A stretch of DNA of 37,105 nt from Rikenellaceae bacterium (lineage in GTDB: Bacteria > Bacteroidota > Bacteroidia > Bacteroidales > UBA932), in assembly GCA_900767405.1 (NCBI GenBank), contig CAAFZB010000006.1:1-37105 (forward strand). The letters are read 5' to 3'. The position numbers and the translations under genes are program-made. Of this stretch, positions 15,615-24,565 are shown piece after piece; within the stretch, counting starts at the first letter, position 1, and each line of letters begins with the position of its first letter. The notes under the pieces were generated by a model. It saw only the letters and a program-made list of their open reading frames with translations, searched no databases and had not been told where the DNA came from.

Positions 15615-16678
15615 TATTCTCCCTCCTTTCTATCTCTGACGCAGCGCACGTTCAGCCTGAGTTTTGTAGTGCTGCCTGTTTCTACAAATACGTCCCTTGA
15701 CTTGGAATTCACATAGCGGAACACAGCTTCGGGCGCGTCTTCGATTTTGTCCGATGTCCAGAATGCCGCGTAATCCCCGAAATGGGCGAACGTGTTCACG
15801 CTGCCGGTAACCTGGACCGTACCGCAGGGAAGGGCAGAGAAACCCAGTCTGTCTGTAATGGTTACGTCGTGAGGCCAGTATCCCCACATTCTTTCACCGT
15901 TGAATCTGGCATCTGCCATAAAGTCCCCTGCAATATCCTTGAAATTGCAGTGTTCCGCGGCATCCGGCAAAACTGCCGAGGCAAGCTCTACGAGTTCTTT
16001 TTCCGAGGGGAGTCTCCAATCCGGAGGGCAAACCTGCACTGCTTCTTCCCAGGTGTAGTATCTTCCGAACGTCTTTGACAGTCTTGGCTCATTGTTGTAC
16101 GGGACACCGAGAACGTTATCCCTGCTGCCTTCGAATGCCAGGTTCTGCCTCATCCAGACCTTGTCGCCGATTTTCCTGCAAAGATAGCTGGTCCCGTCTC
16201 TGGGGTCAGACTGGTAGAAGTCGATGTCCGGGTCAATGACAATTCCGGTGATGGAACCTCTGCCGTCCATAGTATCTTTGAGGAACACGATATCCGAATA
16301 TGTGCTGGAAGAAGAATATCCGCTAGCAAAAGCCGACACCGTTATTCTGAAGGTTCCCAGAGTATCGGGAACCAGGTAATGCTTGACAGCGGGCCTGGTG
16401 GCGGGATCGCTTTCGGTACGGACGGTGTCAACCACATCGTCCACACTGATTTTCCAGGTATATCCTACAAGCGTGTCACCGTTCTCTTTGGAAAGTCCTC
16501 CGCAGTACATTGTCAATTCCTCTCCTACAAATGCGTAGGCAGGGGCTCCGGTATTGAACGTTCCGGAGAACACCTTGACGTCATCGTCCTTTTTTTCGTT
16601 TTTCTTGCAGGCAGGTGTGAGAAGACTCATTCCCAGAATCAGGCCTGCCAGTATCAAAGGTTTGTAATTTAACTTCAT
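15614..16678 (-). CDS. Lipoprotein with a Fibrobacter succinogenes major paralogous (FISUMP/Fib_succ_major) domain
   Basis: Lipobox LTPA-C followed by KKNEKKDDD; DPRDGTSY, IGDKVWMRQNL, GRYYTW, CPPDWRLPS, GFSALP.G, FWTS, NVRCVRD. Confidence 0.85.
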   Translation of the reverse strand: MKLNYKPLILAGLILGMSLLTPACKKNEKKDDDVKVFSGTFNTGAPAYAFVGEELTMYCGGLSKENGDTLVGYTWKISVDDVVDTVRTESDPATRPAVKHYLVPDTLGTFRITVSAFASGYSSSSTYSDIVFLKDTMDGRGSITGIVIDPDIDFYQSDPRDGTSYLCRKIGDKVWMRQNLAFEGSRDNVLGVPYNNEPRLSKTFGRYYTWEEAVQVCPPDWRLPSEKELVELASAVLPDAAEHCNFKDIAGDFMADARFNGERMWGYWPHDVTITDRLGFSALPCGTVQVTGSVNTFAHFGDYAAFWTSDKIEDAPEAVFRYVNSKSRDVFVETGSTTKLRLNVRCVRDRKEGE

Positions 16679-16727
16679 TATAAGCGTAAAATCGTACAAA
16701 TATGCACATTTTTGTGCAAAAATCCTC

Positions 16728-16735
16728 TAACTTTG
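16728..16735 (+). promoter_or_regulatory. -7 box for apbE
   Basis: TAACTTTG 22 nt before ATG 16758; a near-consensus CATATTTG lies on the minus strand at 16697-16704. Confidence 0.45.
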
Positions 16736-16757
16736 TACAAATAGTTTGCCATTCGGT

Positions 16758-17702
16758 ATGAGATTTCCATCCTTGTCTGCAGTGACAATTGCAATGATTG
16801 CCCTTGTGTCGTGCGGCCCTCGCTATGAACGTCTCGGGGGCTATGCCCAGGGCGGCACTTATATGGTCACTTACAACAGTGCCGGGGCCGACCTTGGTCG
16901 CCGGGAATTGCAGGCGGGAGTGGACTCTTTGCTATATACCATCGACACTACTTTCTCGGGTTACAACTCCAAGTCCCAGCTCAGCCGGTACAACAGGGGG
17001 GAACTCGAGAATCCCAGCCCTCTGTTCGACAGTGTGTTCAGGCTTGCAAAAGAGTTTTGCTCCCTCACGGGAGGCGCTGTAAATGCCGGTGCGGCACCCC
17101 TCTTCGATATCTGGGGATTCGGCTTTCAAAACGACAGCCTTCCGTCTGCCGAAAAGGTACAGCAAACACTTGCTGAATGTCGTGATTGGCATATCTTGAA
17201 TTATAATTCGTTTGCTCAAGGGCTTTCTTGCGACCTGGTTGCCGAGTACCTTCGCTCGCACGGGGTGAGCGATATGCTGGTAGACATTGGGGAAATCTAC
17301 TGCAGCGGTCGCAACCCCAAAGGAAATGGATGGACCGTCGGGGTGGACAATCCTCGCGACGGAAACGATTCTCCGGGAGCCGAACTGCGTGGTATCTGGG
17401 ATTCCAATGGAGCCTCCTGCGGCATAGTCACCTCTGGCAACTACCGAAAATTCTACGTTGTGGACGGAGTGAAATACGCCCACACCATAGACCCTCGCAC
17501 AGGATATCCTGTAACCCATAACCTGCAGAGCGCAACGATAGTCGCTCCAACCTCGGCTCTTGCCGACGCCCTTGCCACCTACTGTATGGTGGTGGGGTTT
17601 GATGCAGCCCGTGAGTTTATACAGTCCCGCTCCGACATACAGGGTTATCTGATATCGGAAACCGATACCTGGGCTTCGGACGGCTTTACATTCCTGCAAT
17701 AA
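16758..17702 (+). CDS. apbE: FAD:protein FMN transferase (ApbE) lipoprotein
   Basis: Lipobox LVSC, GYAQGGTY, PLFDIWGFG, NSFAQG, DIGEI, TSGNYRKF, HTIDPRTGYP, ADALAT. Confidence 0.92.
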   Translation: MRFPSLSAVTIAMIALVSCGPRYERLGGYAQGGTYMVTYNSAGADLGRRELQAGVDSLLYTIDTTFSGYNSKSQLSRYNRGELENPSPLFDSVFRLAKEFCSLTGGAVNAGAAPLFDIWGFGFQNDSLPSAEKVQQTLAECRDWHILNYNSFAQGLSCDLVAEYLRSHGVSDMLVDIGEIYCSGRNPKGNGWTVGVDNPRDGNDSPGAELRGIWDSNGASCGIVTSGNYRKFYVVDGVKYAHTIDPRTGYPVTHNLQSATIVAPTSALADALATYCMVVGFDAAREFIQSRSDIQGYLISETDTWASDGFTFLQ

Positions 17703-18756
17703 CCGAAAGACAGTGTTTCAAAATCCGGTACAGCAGTTCGGTCAATGCTGAAAGCGAATTGAGCCCGGTGCCGGCAGCCGACAGAACCAGGCATCCTATG
17801 CCGCTGACTATCAGAAGTTCGCATAGCGGCAACGCTACCAGGTTGGTAATCAGAAAATATTTTGGAAATACTCCGAACTTCCACCATACCAGCGGACCTG
17901 TGAATATCTGGCAGCTTGCCGACAGAGCCGCGGCGTTCCAGATATACTGAGCTACGTTAAACCTTCTGTCCGCGCCGCCTTCGGACTTGGGGAACCATCC
18001 CCTGAGCACCGGGTAAACGAAAGTTATCCCGGTCATCGCCAGATATGACAGCTGAAAGCTCAAGGACTTGATTTGCAGAGGACTTATGCACAGCTGAACC
18101 AGCAATGCGGTGCAGAATATCTTCCCGGAGTCCCGTTTCCTGTGCCTGAGATTCTCAGATATTTCCCTGAGGACGATAAAAATAAGAGCCCTAACCAGAG
18201 ATGGTCCCGCTCCAGTGAGCACGGTATAGAAAGTGCAGGAAACTATAATTGCGACGGACCTTATTCGGAATGCCGCGGCACTCTTTCCCAAGGGCCGGCT
18301 GAGGAAACGCAGAATCCCGTAGATTATTCCCAGATGAAGCCCTGACAGTGCCAGGATATGGGAGCCTCCGCTTTCCCTGAAGGCCTTGACGGTACTTCTG
18401 TCGAGCAGGCTCCTGTCTCCTGTAAGCAGTGCCAGCAGAATGCCGTTTGTCTCGGTCGATGAAAATGGAATATTTCTGATTTGCAGCTTAGTCCACGCCA
18501 GTTCATTGCCCAGGACGGGGGAGTGGCCCAACGGAATGTTGGAGCAGGAATATGAAAAAGCCCCGATAAGGAAGAGAAGGAGATGGGCCCGGAATGGATG
18601 CCCCTGCCTGTGGAATGCACAGTTCACGGCCAGAACCCCGGCTGGCACCAGCAGGAGTAAAGTAAACTCCGACGGATATAACCCCGCCAGAGCCGCTGCG
18701 GCAACACCCGCCGTGTACGAAATGGAAATCGCCTCGATTCCGTCCGCCTCAATCAT
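17686..18756 (-). CDS. comEC: ComEC/Rec2 family membrane protein (competence domain only)
   Basis: ALLTGDRS.L, GGSHILALSGLHLG, PSLVRA, SFQLSYLA, TNLVALP; multiple TM segments; only 356 aa. Confidence 0.85.
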   Translation of the reverse strand: MIEADGIEAISISYTAGVAAAALAGLYPSEFTLLLLVPAGVLAVNCAFHRQGHPFRAHLLLFLIGAFSYSCSNIPLGHSPVLGNELAWTKLQIRNIPFSSTETNGILLALLTGDRSLLDRSTVKAFRESGGSHILALSGLHLGIIYGILRFLSRPLGKSAAAFRIRSVAIIVSCTFYTVLTGAGPSLVRALIFIVLREISENLRHRKRDSGKIFCTALLVQLCISPLQIKSLSFQLSYLAMTGITFVYPVLRGWFPKSEGGADRRFNVAQYIWNAAALSASCQIFTGPLVWWKFGVFPKYFLITNLVALPLCELLIVSGIGCLVLSAAGTGLNSLSALTELLYRILKHCLSVIAGM

Positions 18757-18943
18757 TTTCCACCGTTTTTCGCAAAATAAGCAATAATTTCTCTATCCTG
18801 CAATTCCTCTCTTCGTGCAGACGCGAATGATTGGAAAGAAGATTTTCAAGAAGAAAATTTGCATAAAAATTATGATATTTGCGGTCTGATACAAATCAAA
18901 TTCGATTTATGAAGAAACCTTTTCTCAGGAGGATGGCGGACAG

Positions 18944-19849
18944 ATGAGCGGAAGGCACGCATATCTGATACAGGCGCACGGCAATTTCGAGCAGTTGAAA
19001 GTGCTTCTTTCTCTGCTTGACGATTCGCGCAACGATATTTTCGTGCACGTTGACGCCAAGGCCCACGGATTTAAGGAAAGCGACTTCGACGGAGTCTGCA
19101 CATCTGCCGCACTTGTCTTTCTGGAGCATCCCATAAATGTCCGCTGGGGCGGTCCATCACAGATATGGAGCGAAATTATGCTTCTCGAGGAGGCTCTCGC
19201 TGCAGGTGAACATTCCTATTATCATCTCCTGTCAGGCGCCGACCTGCCCATAAAGACCCAGGATGAGATACATTCCTTCTTTGAGGCCAATGGGGGCCGG
19301 GAATTCGTGCTTTTCTGGAGAAAGAAAAACAGCACCGCCTCCCGCTGGTTGTATTCCCCTTTCGCTGAATACGGCCGCTATTTCGCCGGAAATCTGGTGA
19401 ACAACGTTTTCAAGGGTGTGCAACTCCTTTTCGGCCGCCATCCTCACTCGGAGGTGGACTTCCGTTATGGAGCGAACTGGTTCAGCATAACCGAGGACCT
19501 TGCCCGTTATGTCGTTTCCAGAAAGGACTGGATAAGGAACGTGTTCTCCCACACCTGCAACTGCGATGAGGTGTTCCTGCAGACATTGGTGTGGAATTCA
19601 CCGTTTCTGGCAAAATGCTATGATCCGGAGGAACGTGATTCCCGTGGGGACTATATCTCCAATATGCGCTTTGTGGATTGGTCGAGGGGTGGACACGTAC
19701 GTCATCCCTGGGTGTTCAGGTCGGACGATTTCGACTTGCTGATGTCCAGGCCTCAGATGTTCGCCAGAAAATTTGACATCAACGTGGATTCCCAAGTGAT
19801 TCGGAGAATAGCCGGTGCCATTGGGCAGAAATCGCAGGATTCTATGTAA
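18944..19849 (+). CDS. Core-2/I-branching (GT14-like) glycosyltransferase
   Basis: HAYLIQAH, HVDAK, V.WGG.SQI, LLSGADLPIK, GANWFSIT, DEVFLQT, FARKF. Confidence 0.85.
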   Translation: MSGRHAYLIQAHGNFEQLKVLLSLLDDSRNDIFVHVDAKAHGFKESDFDGVCTSAALVFLEHPINVRWGGPSQIWSEIMLLEEALAAGEHSYYHLLSGADLPIKTQDEIHSFFEANGGREFVLFWRKKNSTASRWLYSPFAEYGRYFAGNLVNNVFKGVQLLFGRHPHSEVDFRYGANWFSITEDLARYVVSRKDWIRNVFSHTCNCDEVFLQTLVWNSPFLAKCYDPEERDSRGDYISNMRFVDWSRGGHVRHPWVFRSDDFDLLMSRPQMFARKFDINVDSQVIRRIAGAIGQKSQDSM

Positions 19850-19862
19850 ATTTGTCTCGTTT

Positions 19863-20789
19863 ATGGCAGAAGTAAACAGAAAATTTACAAGGCTCGTTCT
19901 TGCAGTCCGCAAGGTGGTTCTGGGACATGTGCTGAATCCTTTCTGGCGGAGCCGTCAGAAGCGCCGTGACAGGCGTTGCGAAGTGTTTGGCTCGCTGATA
20001 CCCGAATATTTCAAAAAGTACTATCTGGATGCGGCCCTGGCTGTTCCGTATACTGAACCTGTTGCATCCGAAGGTCCTGAAAAGGTTTTTGTATTATGGC
20101 TGCAGGGAGAAGATAGAGCGCCGTTGCTGATACGCCGCTGCCTCGCATCTATCAGACAGCATTGTCCGGGATGCGAGCTCATAGTGCTGGATGACAAGTC
20201 ACTGAAAGAGTACACAGATATCCCCGACTATATCTGGAGTAAATTCAGGGCGGGGAAGATGACGATGGCCCAGTTTTCCGACATCTGCCGTCTTGATCTC
20301 CTTTATCGCTATGGCGGATACTGGATAGATTCCACCTGTTTTATGATTTCCGACCTTCCGGATTATGTTACGGATTCGGACTTCTTTGCCTATATGGCCG
20401 GGCATAGAATCAAAGGTTATTACAGTTTTATCCAGAGTTGTTTCCTTCGGGCGCGCAAGAGCTCGTACCTTGTCGCCGCCTGGCGTGCGATGATGTGGGA
20501 GTTCTGGCGTGTGGAAGACAGCAAGGTGGATTATTACCAACTCCACCTGATGTTCAAGTCCATCGTTGAAAGCATTCCGGCCGCAGCGCAGGAGTTTGCC
20601 CGTATGCCAAAGATAGACCAGGACCCGACGCATGAGATGTGGTTCGAGAACGGGAACGCTCCTTTCGATTCTGAAAATCTGAAATCCCTGTCTGAGCAGG
20701 TGTGCTTCCAGAAGACCACATACCGCATTACGGAATATCTGCCAGGCAGTAACCGCGATTATATCCTGAATGGGAATGAGAAGGCTTGA
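19863..20789 (+). CDS. Capsular polysaccharide synthesis protein (Caps_synth, GT32-like)
   Basis: WLQGEDRAP.LI..C..S, FSDICRL.LLYRYGGYWIDST, DYY..H, FQKTTY; start moved to ATG 19863. Confidence 0.85.
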   Translation: MAEVNRKFTRLVLAVRKVVLGHVLNPFWRSRQKRRDRRCEVFGSLIPEYFKKYYLDAALAVPYTEPVASEGPEKVFVLWLQGEDRAPLLIRRCLASIRQHCPGCELIVLDDKSLKEYTDIPDYIWSKFRAGKMTMAQFSDICRLDLLYRYGGYWIDSTCFMISDLPDYVTDSDFFAYMAGHRIKGYYSFIQSCFLRARKSSYLVAAWRAMMWEFWRVEDSKVDYYQLHLMFKSIVESIPAAAQEFARMPKIDQDPTHEMWFENGNAPFDSENLKSLSEQVCFQKTTYRITEYLPGSNRDYILNGNEKA

Positions 20790-20820
20790 CCCGCATTGTG
20801 CAACGGCAGATTCGTGGGAC

Positions 20821-20852
20821 TTTGCAGGTGAAGCAATAATTTCTTAATTTTG
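20821..20852 (+). promoter_or_regulatory. Bacteroidota sigma-A promoter for ackA
   Basis: TTTG (20821-20824), 20-nt spacer, TAATTTTG (20845-20852). Confidence 0.7.
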
Positions 20853-20879
20853 CGCCGCTTTTTGAAAACGATTCTCAAT

Positions 20880-22100
20880 ATGATAATTCTTGTAATCAAC
20901 TGTGGAAGTTCTTCAATCAAGTATCAGCTGCTCGATATGAAGAACGAGGAGGTATATGACCTTCTGGCCAAAGGACTGGTCGAAAAAATCGGCTTGCCCG
21001 ATGCGAATATAACCCATAAGCCTACCGGCAAGGCCCCCGTAACCATACAGACTTCAATTCCCGACCACAAAGTGGGAATGAAACTCGTCATGGACGCACT
21101 GATAGACCCTGCACACGGAGTCCTCAAGAGTTTTGCCGACATAGAGGCTGTCGGCCACCGTATCGTTCAGGGAGCAGATTTCTTCTCCGGAAGTGCAGTA
21201 GTCAATGAGGAGGTCATCAGGAAAATCGAAATATGCTGTGATTACGCCCCTTTGCACAATCCCGCCAACCTGCTTGGAATCCACGCTGTTTCACAGGTTC
21301 TTCCAGAAGTGCCCCAGGTGGTTGTCTTCGATACGGCTTTCCATCAGACAATGCTCCCCTACGCATATATGTACGCCCTTCCCTGGGAGTATTACGAGAA
21401 ATACCGCATACGCCGTTACGGCGCTCACGGAACATCTCACGAGTATGTTTCCCGTCGGGGCGCGAAGCTCGCCGGTCTCGATATCGACAACTCCCGCATC
21501 ATTACCTGTCACCTTGGTAACGGCAGTTCTATCACTGCAATCAAGGATGGCAAATGCGTAGATACGACTATGGGATTTACACCTCTTGAGGGAATGATTA
21601 TGGGAACCCGGTGCGGAAACATAGATGCCAGCATTGTTCCCTATATTATGAAGAAGGAGAACCTTACTCCGGACCAGATGACCGAGATAATGAACAAGAA
21701 GAGCGGCTTCCTGGGACTATCGGGAAAGAGTTCAGACCTTCGAGATATGAATGCGGCCGCTATGGAAGGGGACAAGAGGGCAAAGATAGTTCTCAAGAAA
21801 CTGACCTACGATACAATCAAGAATGTGGGCGGATATATTGCCGAACTCAATGGAGTGGACCTTATTGTCTTTACCGCCGGAATAGGTGAGAACAATGCCA
21901 GACTGCGTCGCAGGATATGCGAGAATCTCTCTTATCTTGGAGTCAAACTCGACGAAGAAGCCAATATCAAGGCTGCAGAAGTCGGAGAGACTATCATCTC
22001 TGCTCCCGATTCAACCATAAAGGTGGCAATGATTCCCACGAACGAGGAACTCGCAATCGCAAGGGACACGATGCGTCTGGTCTGCGAGTCAGAAGACTGA
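20880..22100 (+). CDS. ackA: Acetate kinase
   Basis: LVINCGSSSIKYQL, GHRIVQG, APLHNP, FDTAFHQT, HLGNGSS, FTAGIGEN, PTNEE. Confidence 0.96.
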   Translation: MIILVINCGSSSIKYQLLDMKNEEVYDLLAKGLVEKIGLPDANITHKPTGKAPVTIQTSIPDHKVGMKLVMDALIDPAHGVLKSFADIEAVGHRIVQGADFFSGSAVVNEEVIRKIEICCDYAPLHNPANLLGIHAVSQVLPEVPQVVVFDTAFHQTMLPYAYMYALPWEYYEKYRIRRYGAHGTSHEYVSRRGAKLAGLDIDNSRIITCHLGNGSSITAIKDGKCVDTTMGFTPLEGMIMGTRCGNIDASIVPYIMKKENLTPDQMTEIMNKKSGFLGLSGKSSDLRDMNAAAMEGDKRAKIVLKKLTYDTIKNVGGYIAELNGVDLIVFTAGIGENNARLRRRICENLSYLGVKLDEEANIKAAEVGETIISAPDSTIKVAMIPTNEELAIARDTMRLVCESED

Positions 22101-22103
22101 TTC

Positions 22104-23498
22104 CTAAAGTTTGGAACCTAGAATTGAGGCATCTTCTCCGTCACCGAGCTTTGACATCTTGACGAAGAGACGGATTACAAATATTGCAGATATGAGTATG
22201 GATGCGGCATCCGATATAGGGAAGCTCATCCATACTCCTTTTTCTTCCAGCATCAGCGGAAGACAGTAAAGCAGAGGGACAAGAATTATCAGTTGTCGCA
22301 CAAGTGACAGGAATATCGAAACCCTTACCATCCCGATGCTCTGGAACAGGATGGTGCAGACCATACCGAACCCGACAAGCGCAATACCCGCATTCATTAT
22401 GCGCAGACCGTTTGCGGCAAGCGTGCAAAGCTGCTCGTCGGGTGTGAACAGGGAAGCCGCGATGCCGGGAATGAACTCAGATACTGCAAAGCAGAGCGTA
22501 GTGGTTGCAACAGCCCAGACGCAGGATATATAGAAAACCTTCTTGACTCTGGAGTAGAGCCTCGCTCCGTAGTTGTAGCCTACGATTGGCTGCATTCCCT
22601 GCGTCAGTCCCATTACAATCATTATGAACATAAAGGTGATGCGGTTGCCTATTCCGTAGGCCCCGATTGCCAGGTCGCCGCCGTATTTGGCCAATTGCTG
22701 GTTCACGAACAGCGCCACGAGGCAAGCCGCTGCATTCATAAGGAACGGCCCTACCCCTATGGCCAGGGACGATTTCGCTATCTTCCATTCTATCTGGAAT
22801 ATGCGTTTTGGGAAATGAGGTACCCTTTCTGGGTTTGAAAAGAATTTCAAAGTGTACACCAGAGATATCAGCTGGCAGAGAATGGTGGCCAGAGCAGCGC
22901 CTTTGATTCCCAGCCCGAATACGAAAATGAAGATAGGGTCCAGTATGGCGTTGGAAGTCACTGTGAACAGTGTCAGCGCCATTGCGGTTCTGGGATTCCC
23001 GCTGGCGCGTATGATTCCGTTCAGCCCGAAGTACAGGTGGGTTATGACGTTTCCAGCCAGGATTATGACCATATAATCCCTGGCAAACGGCAGCGTAGCA
23101 TCGCTGGCCCCGAAGAATCTTAGGATCGGGTCGAGGTAAATCAGGGCTATGGCGGTGAATACAAGTCCAAGCAGGGTGTTGAGTGTGAACACGTTGGACA
23201 GTACGTTGTTAGCTACGCCGTATTTTTTCTGCCCCAACAGAACAGACACCATTGTGAGACCTCCAACTCCCACGAGAGTGCCCAGCGCGACAGAGAAGTT
23301 CATAAGCGGGAAGGTCACTGCCAGCCCCGAAATGGCGTAGGAGCCTACGTCAGGGATATGGCCGATGAATATGCTGTCGACCATATTGTACAGAGAAGAT
23401 GCAGTCTGGGCAATGATGCCCGGGACTGCAAACTTTCTCAGCAGAGTGCCTATCCTCTCTGTCCCAAGTTCGGTGGGAACGTTAACGGCAGAACTCAT
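22104..23498 (-). CDS. MATE family efflux transporter (MepA-like)
   Basis: LYNMVDSIFIG, NAILDPIFIF..GLGIKGAALAT, GMQPIVGYNYGA; many TM helices in two repeats. Confidence 0.92.
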   Translation of the reverse strand: MSSAVNVPTELGTERIGTLLRKFAVPGIIAQTASSLYNMVDSIFIGHIPDVGSYAISGLAVTFPLMNFSVALGTLVGVGGLTMVSVLLGQKKYGVANNVLSNVFTLNTLLGLVFTAIALIYLDPILRFFGASDATLPFARDYMVIILAGNVITHLYFGLNGIIRASGNPRTAMALTLFTVTSNAILDPIFIFVFGLGIKGAALATILCQLISLVYTLKFFSNPERVPHFPKRIFQIEWKIAKSSLAIGVGPFLMNAAACLVALFVNQQLAKYGGDLAIGAYGIGNRITFMFIMIVMGLTQGMQPIVGYNYGARLYSRVKKVFYISCVWAVATTTLCFAVSEFIPGIAASLFTPDEQLCTLAANGLRIMNAGIALVGFGMVCTILFQSIGMVRVSIFLSLVRQLIILVPLLYCLPLMLEEKGVWMSFPISDAASILISAIFVIRLFVKMSKLGDGEDASILGSKL

Positions 23499-24565
23499 TT
23501 GTCTACTTGGACGACTTCCAATTCAAAGGCCAGTGGAGAATATGCCGGAATGGCCGGGTTGGTGATATCGTTCCCGTATCCCAGGTCTGAGGTAAAAACC
23601 GCCACTCCCTTTTCTCCTTTGTGAAGTTTTGAGAGAGCGAACTTGAAGCCTGTGATAAGGGAAGAAGCCTCACTGCTGCTGCCGCCCATTGTGATGTCTT
23701 CATATTTTTCTGCCCAGGTAATCTGGACGGGACCGTATGTGCGGCTTGCGTCATAAACGTAGCTTTCCTTCGCAAGGTCCTCGTCGGTCGTGTCGAAGAC
23801 CTTGGAGTTGGTGAGCATTCCGGTGTAGTTTATCTTTCCGGAAACGTTGGTATTGAGAGTCGTCGTATCTGCAGGAGCCTTGATCTGGAAATAATAGAAT
23901 CCGTGCATCCCGGCAGAATCGCCTTCGCTTATGCGGGCACCGTATTTGGTATTGAGGAAAGTCGTGATCTGGTGAATCTGGTACTGTTCCAGATCCGAAA
24001 TACCCTCCTTAAGCTCTATCTCTATGATCGATGACGTCCCGGAACACTTGGTGTAGTACTCTTCGGCAGTGTTGTAGCGCGGATACTGGTTGTCGTCGGC
24101 CATAAGCCAGCCGGGAATCAGGAGCTTAACCTTCTGTCCGTTGGACATCATAGAGATTATCTCATCGATTCCGGGGGCCATGCTCCCGGCTCCTCTTCTG
24201 AGGATAATGGGGTCGTACGAGTCCCCTTGGGAATAATATCCCAGACGTTTTGCCCAGAATTCGGTCGAACTTGACTCGACGTCTCCGTCCAGGCTGTACA
24301 TTGTAATGTGCGCTTTTACAAAGGGGACGACGCTACTTTCTCCGGTTGCCGTCCCGTTGCCTCCGCTGCTTTCCAGAATATAACTTCCCAGAGGTGTCTT
24401 CTCCCAGATGTATTCGCTGTGGATCTGTTTCTGACGTGCCATCCAGGCATCCAGATATCTTTTTGTGGAATCGTTTCCCGATGTTCCGGTGCCTTTCTTT
24501 GCGCAGGAAATCATCGACGCAACGGCCAGTATGGCCAGCGCCGCAATTATAAGTTTTCTTTTCAT
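23495..24565 (-). CDS. Lipoprotein with tandem FKBP-type PPIase domains
   Basis: Lipobox MISC; domain 1 APGIDEIIS.M..G.KVKLLIPGW; domain 2 YTGML.N.KVFDT, LITGFK.AL, LGYG, IPAYSPLAFE. Confidence 0.8.
   Translation of the reverse strand: MKRKLIIAALAILAVASMISCAKKGTGTSGNDSTKRYLDAWMARQKQIHSEYIWEKTPLGSYILESSGGNGTATGESSVVPFVKAHITMYSLDGDVESSSTEFWAKRLGYYSQGDSYDPIILRRGAGSMAPGIDEIISMMSNGQKVKLLIPGWLMADDNQYPRYNTAEEYYTKCSGTSSIIEIELKEGISDLEQYQIHQITTFLNTKYGARISEGDSAGMHGFYYFQIKAPADTTTLNTNVSGKINYTGMLTNSKVFDTTDEDLAKESYVYDASRTYGPVQITWAEKYEDITMGGSSSEASSLITGFKFALSKLHKGEKGVAVFTSDLGYGNDITNPAIPAYSPLAFELEVVQVDK

Noticed and set aside
15614..15800. Diversity-generating retroelement target in the FISUMP C-terminus
   Set aside because: No reverse transcriptase gene in the window and I noticed no near-duplicate template repeat; cannot be excluded elsewhere in the genome.
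16703..16741. Palindromes TGCACA-tttt-TGTGCA and TTTGTACAAA as operator sites
   Set aside because: They overlap and are largely explained by opposing TTTG/CAAA promoter boxes; no cognate regulator nearby.
22104..23498. MATE protein as the flippase for the nearby glycosyltransferases
   Set aside because: Its motifs are those of ordinary MepA-like MATE pumps, and it belongs to the opposite-strand nrnA-FKBP unit beyond ackA.
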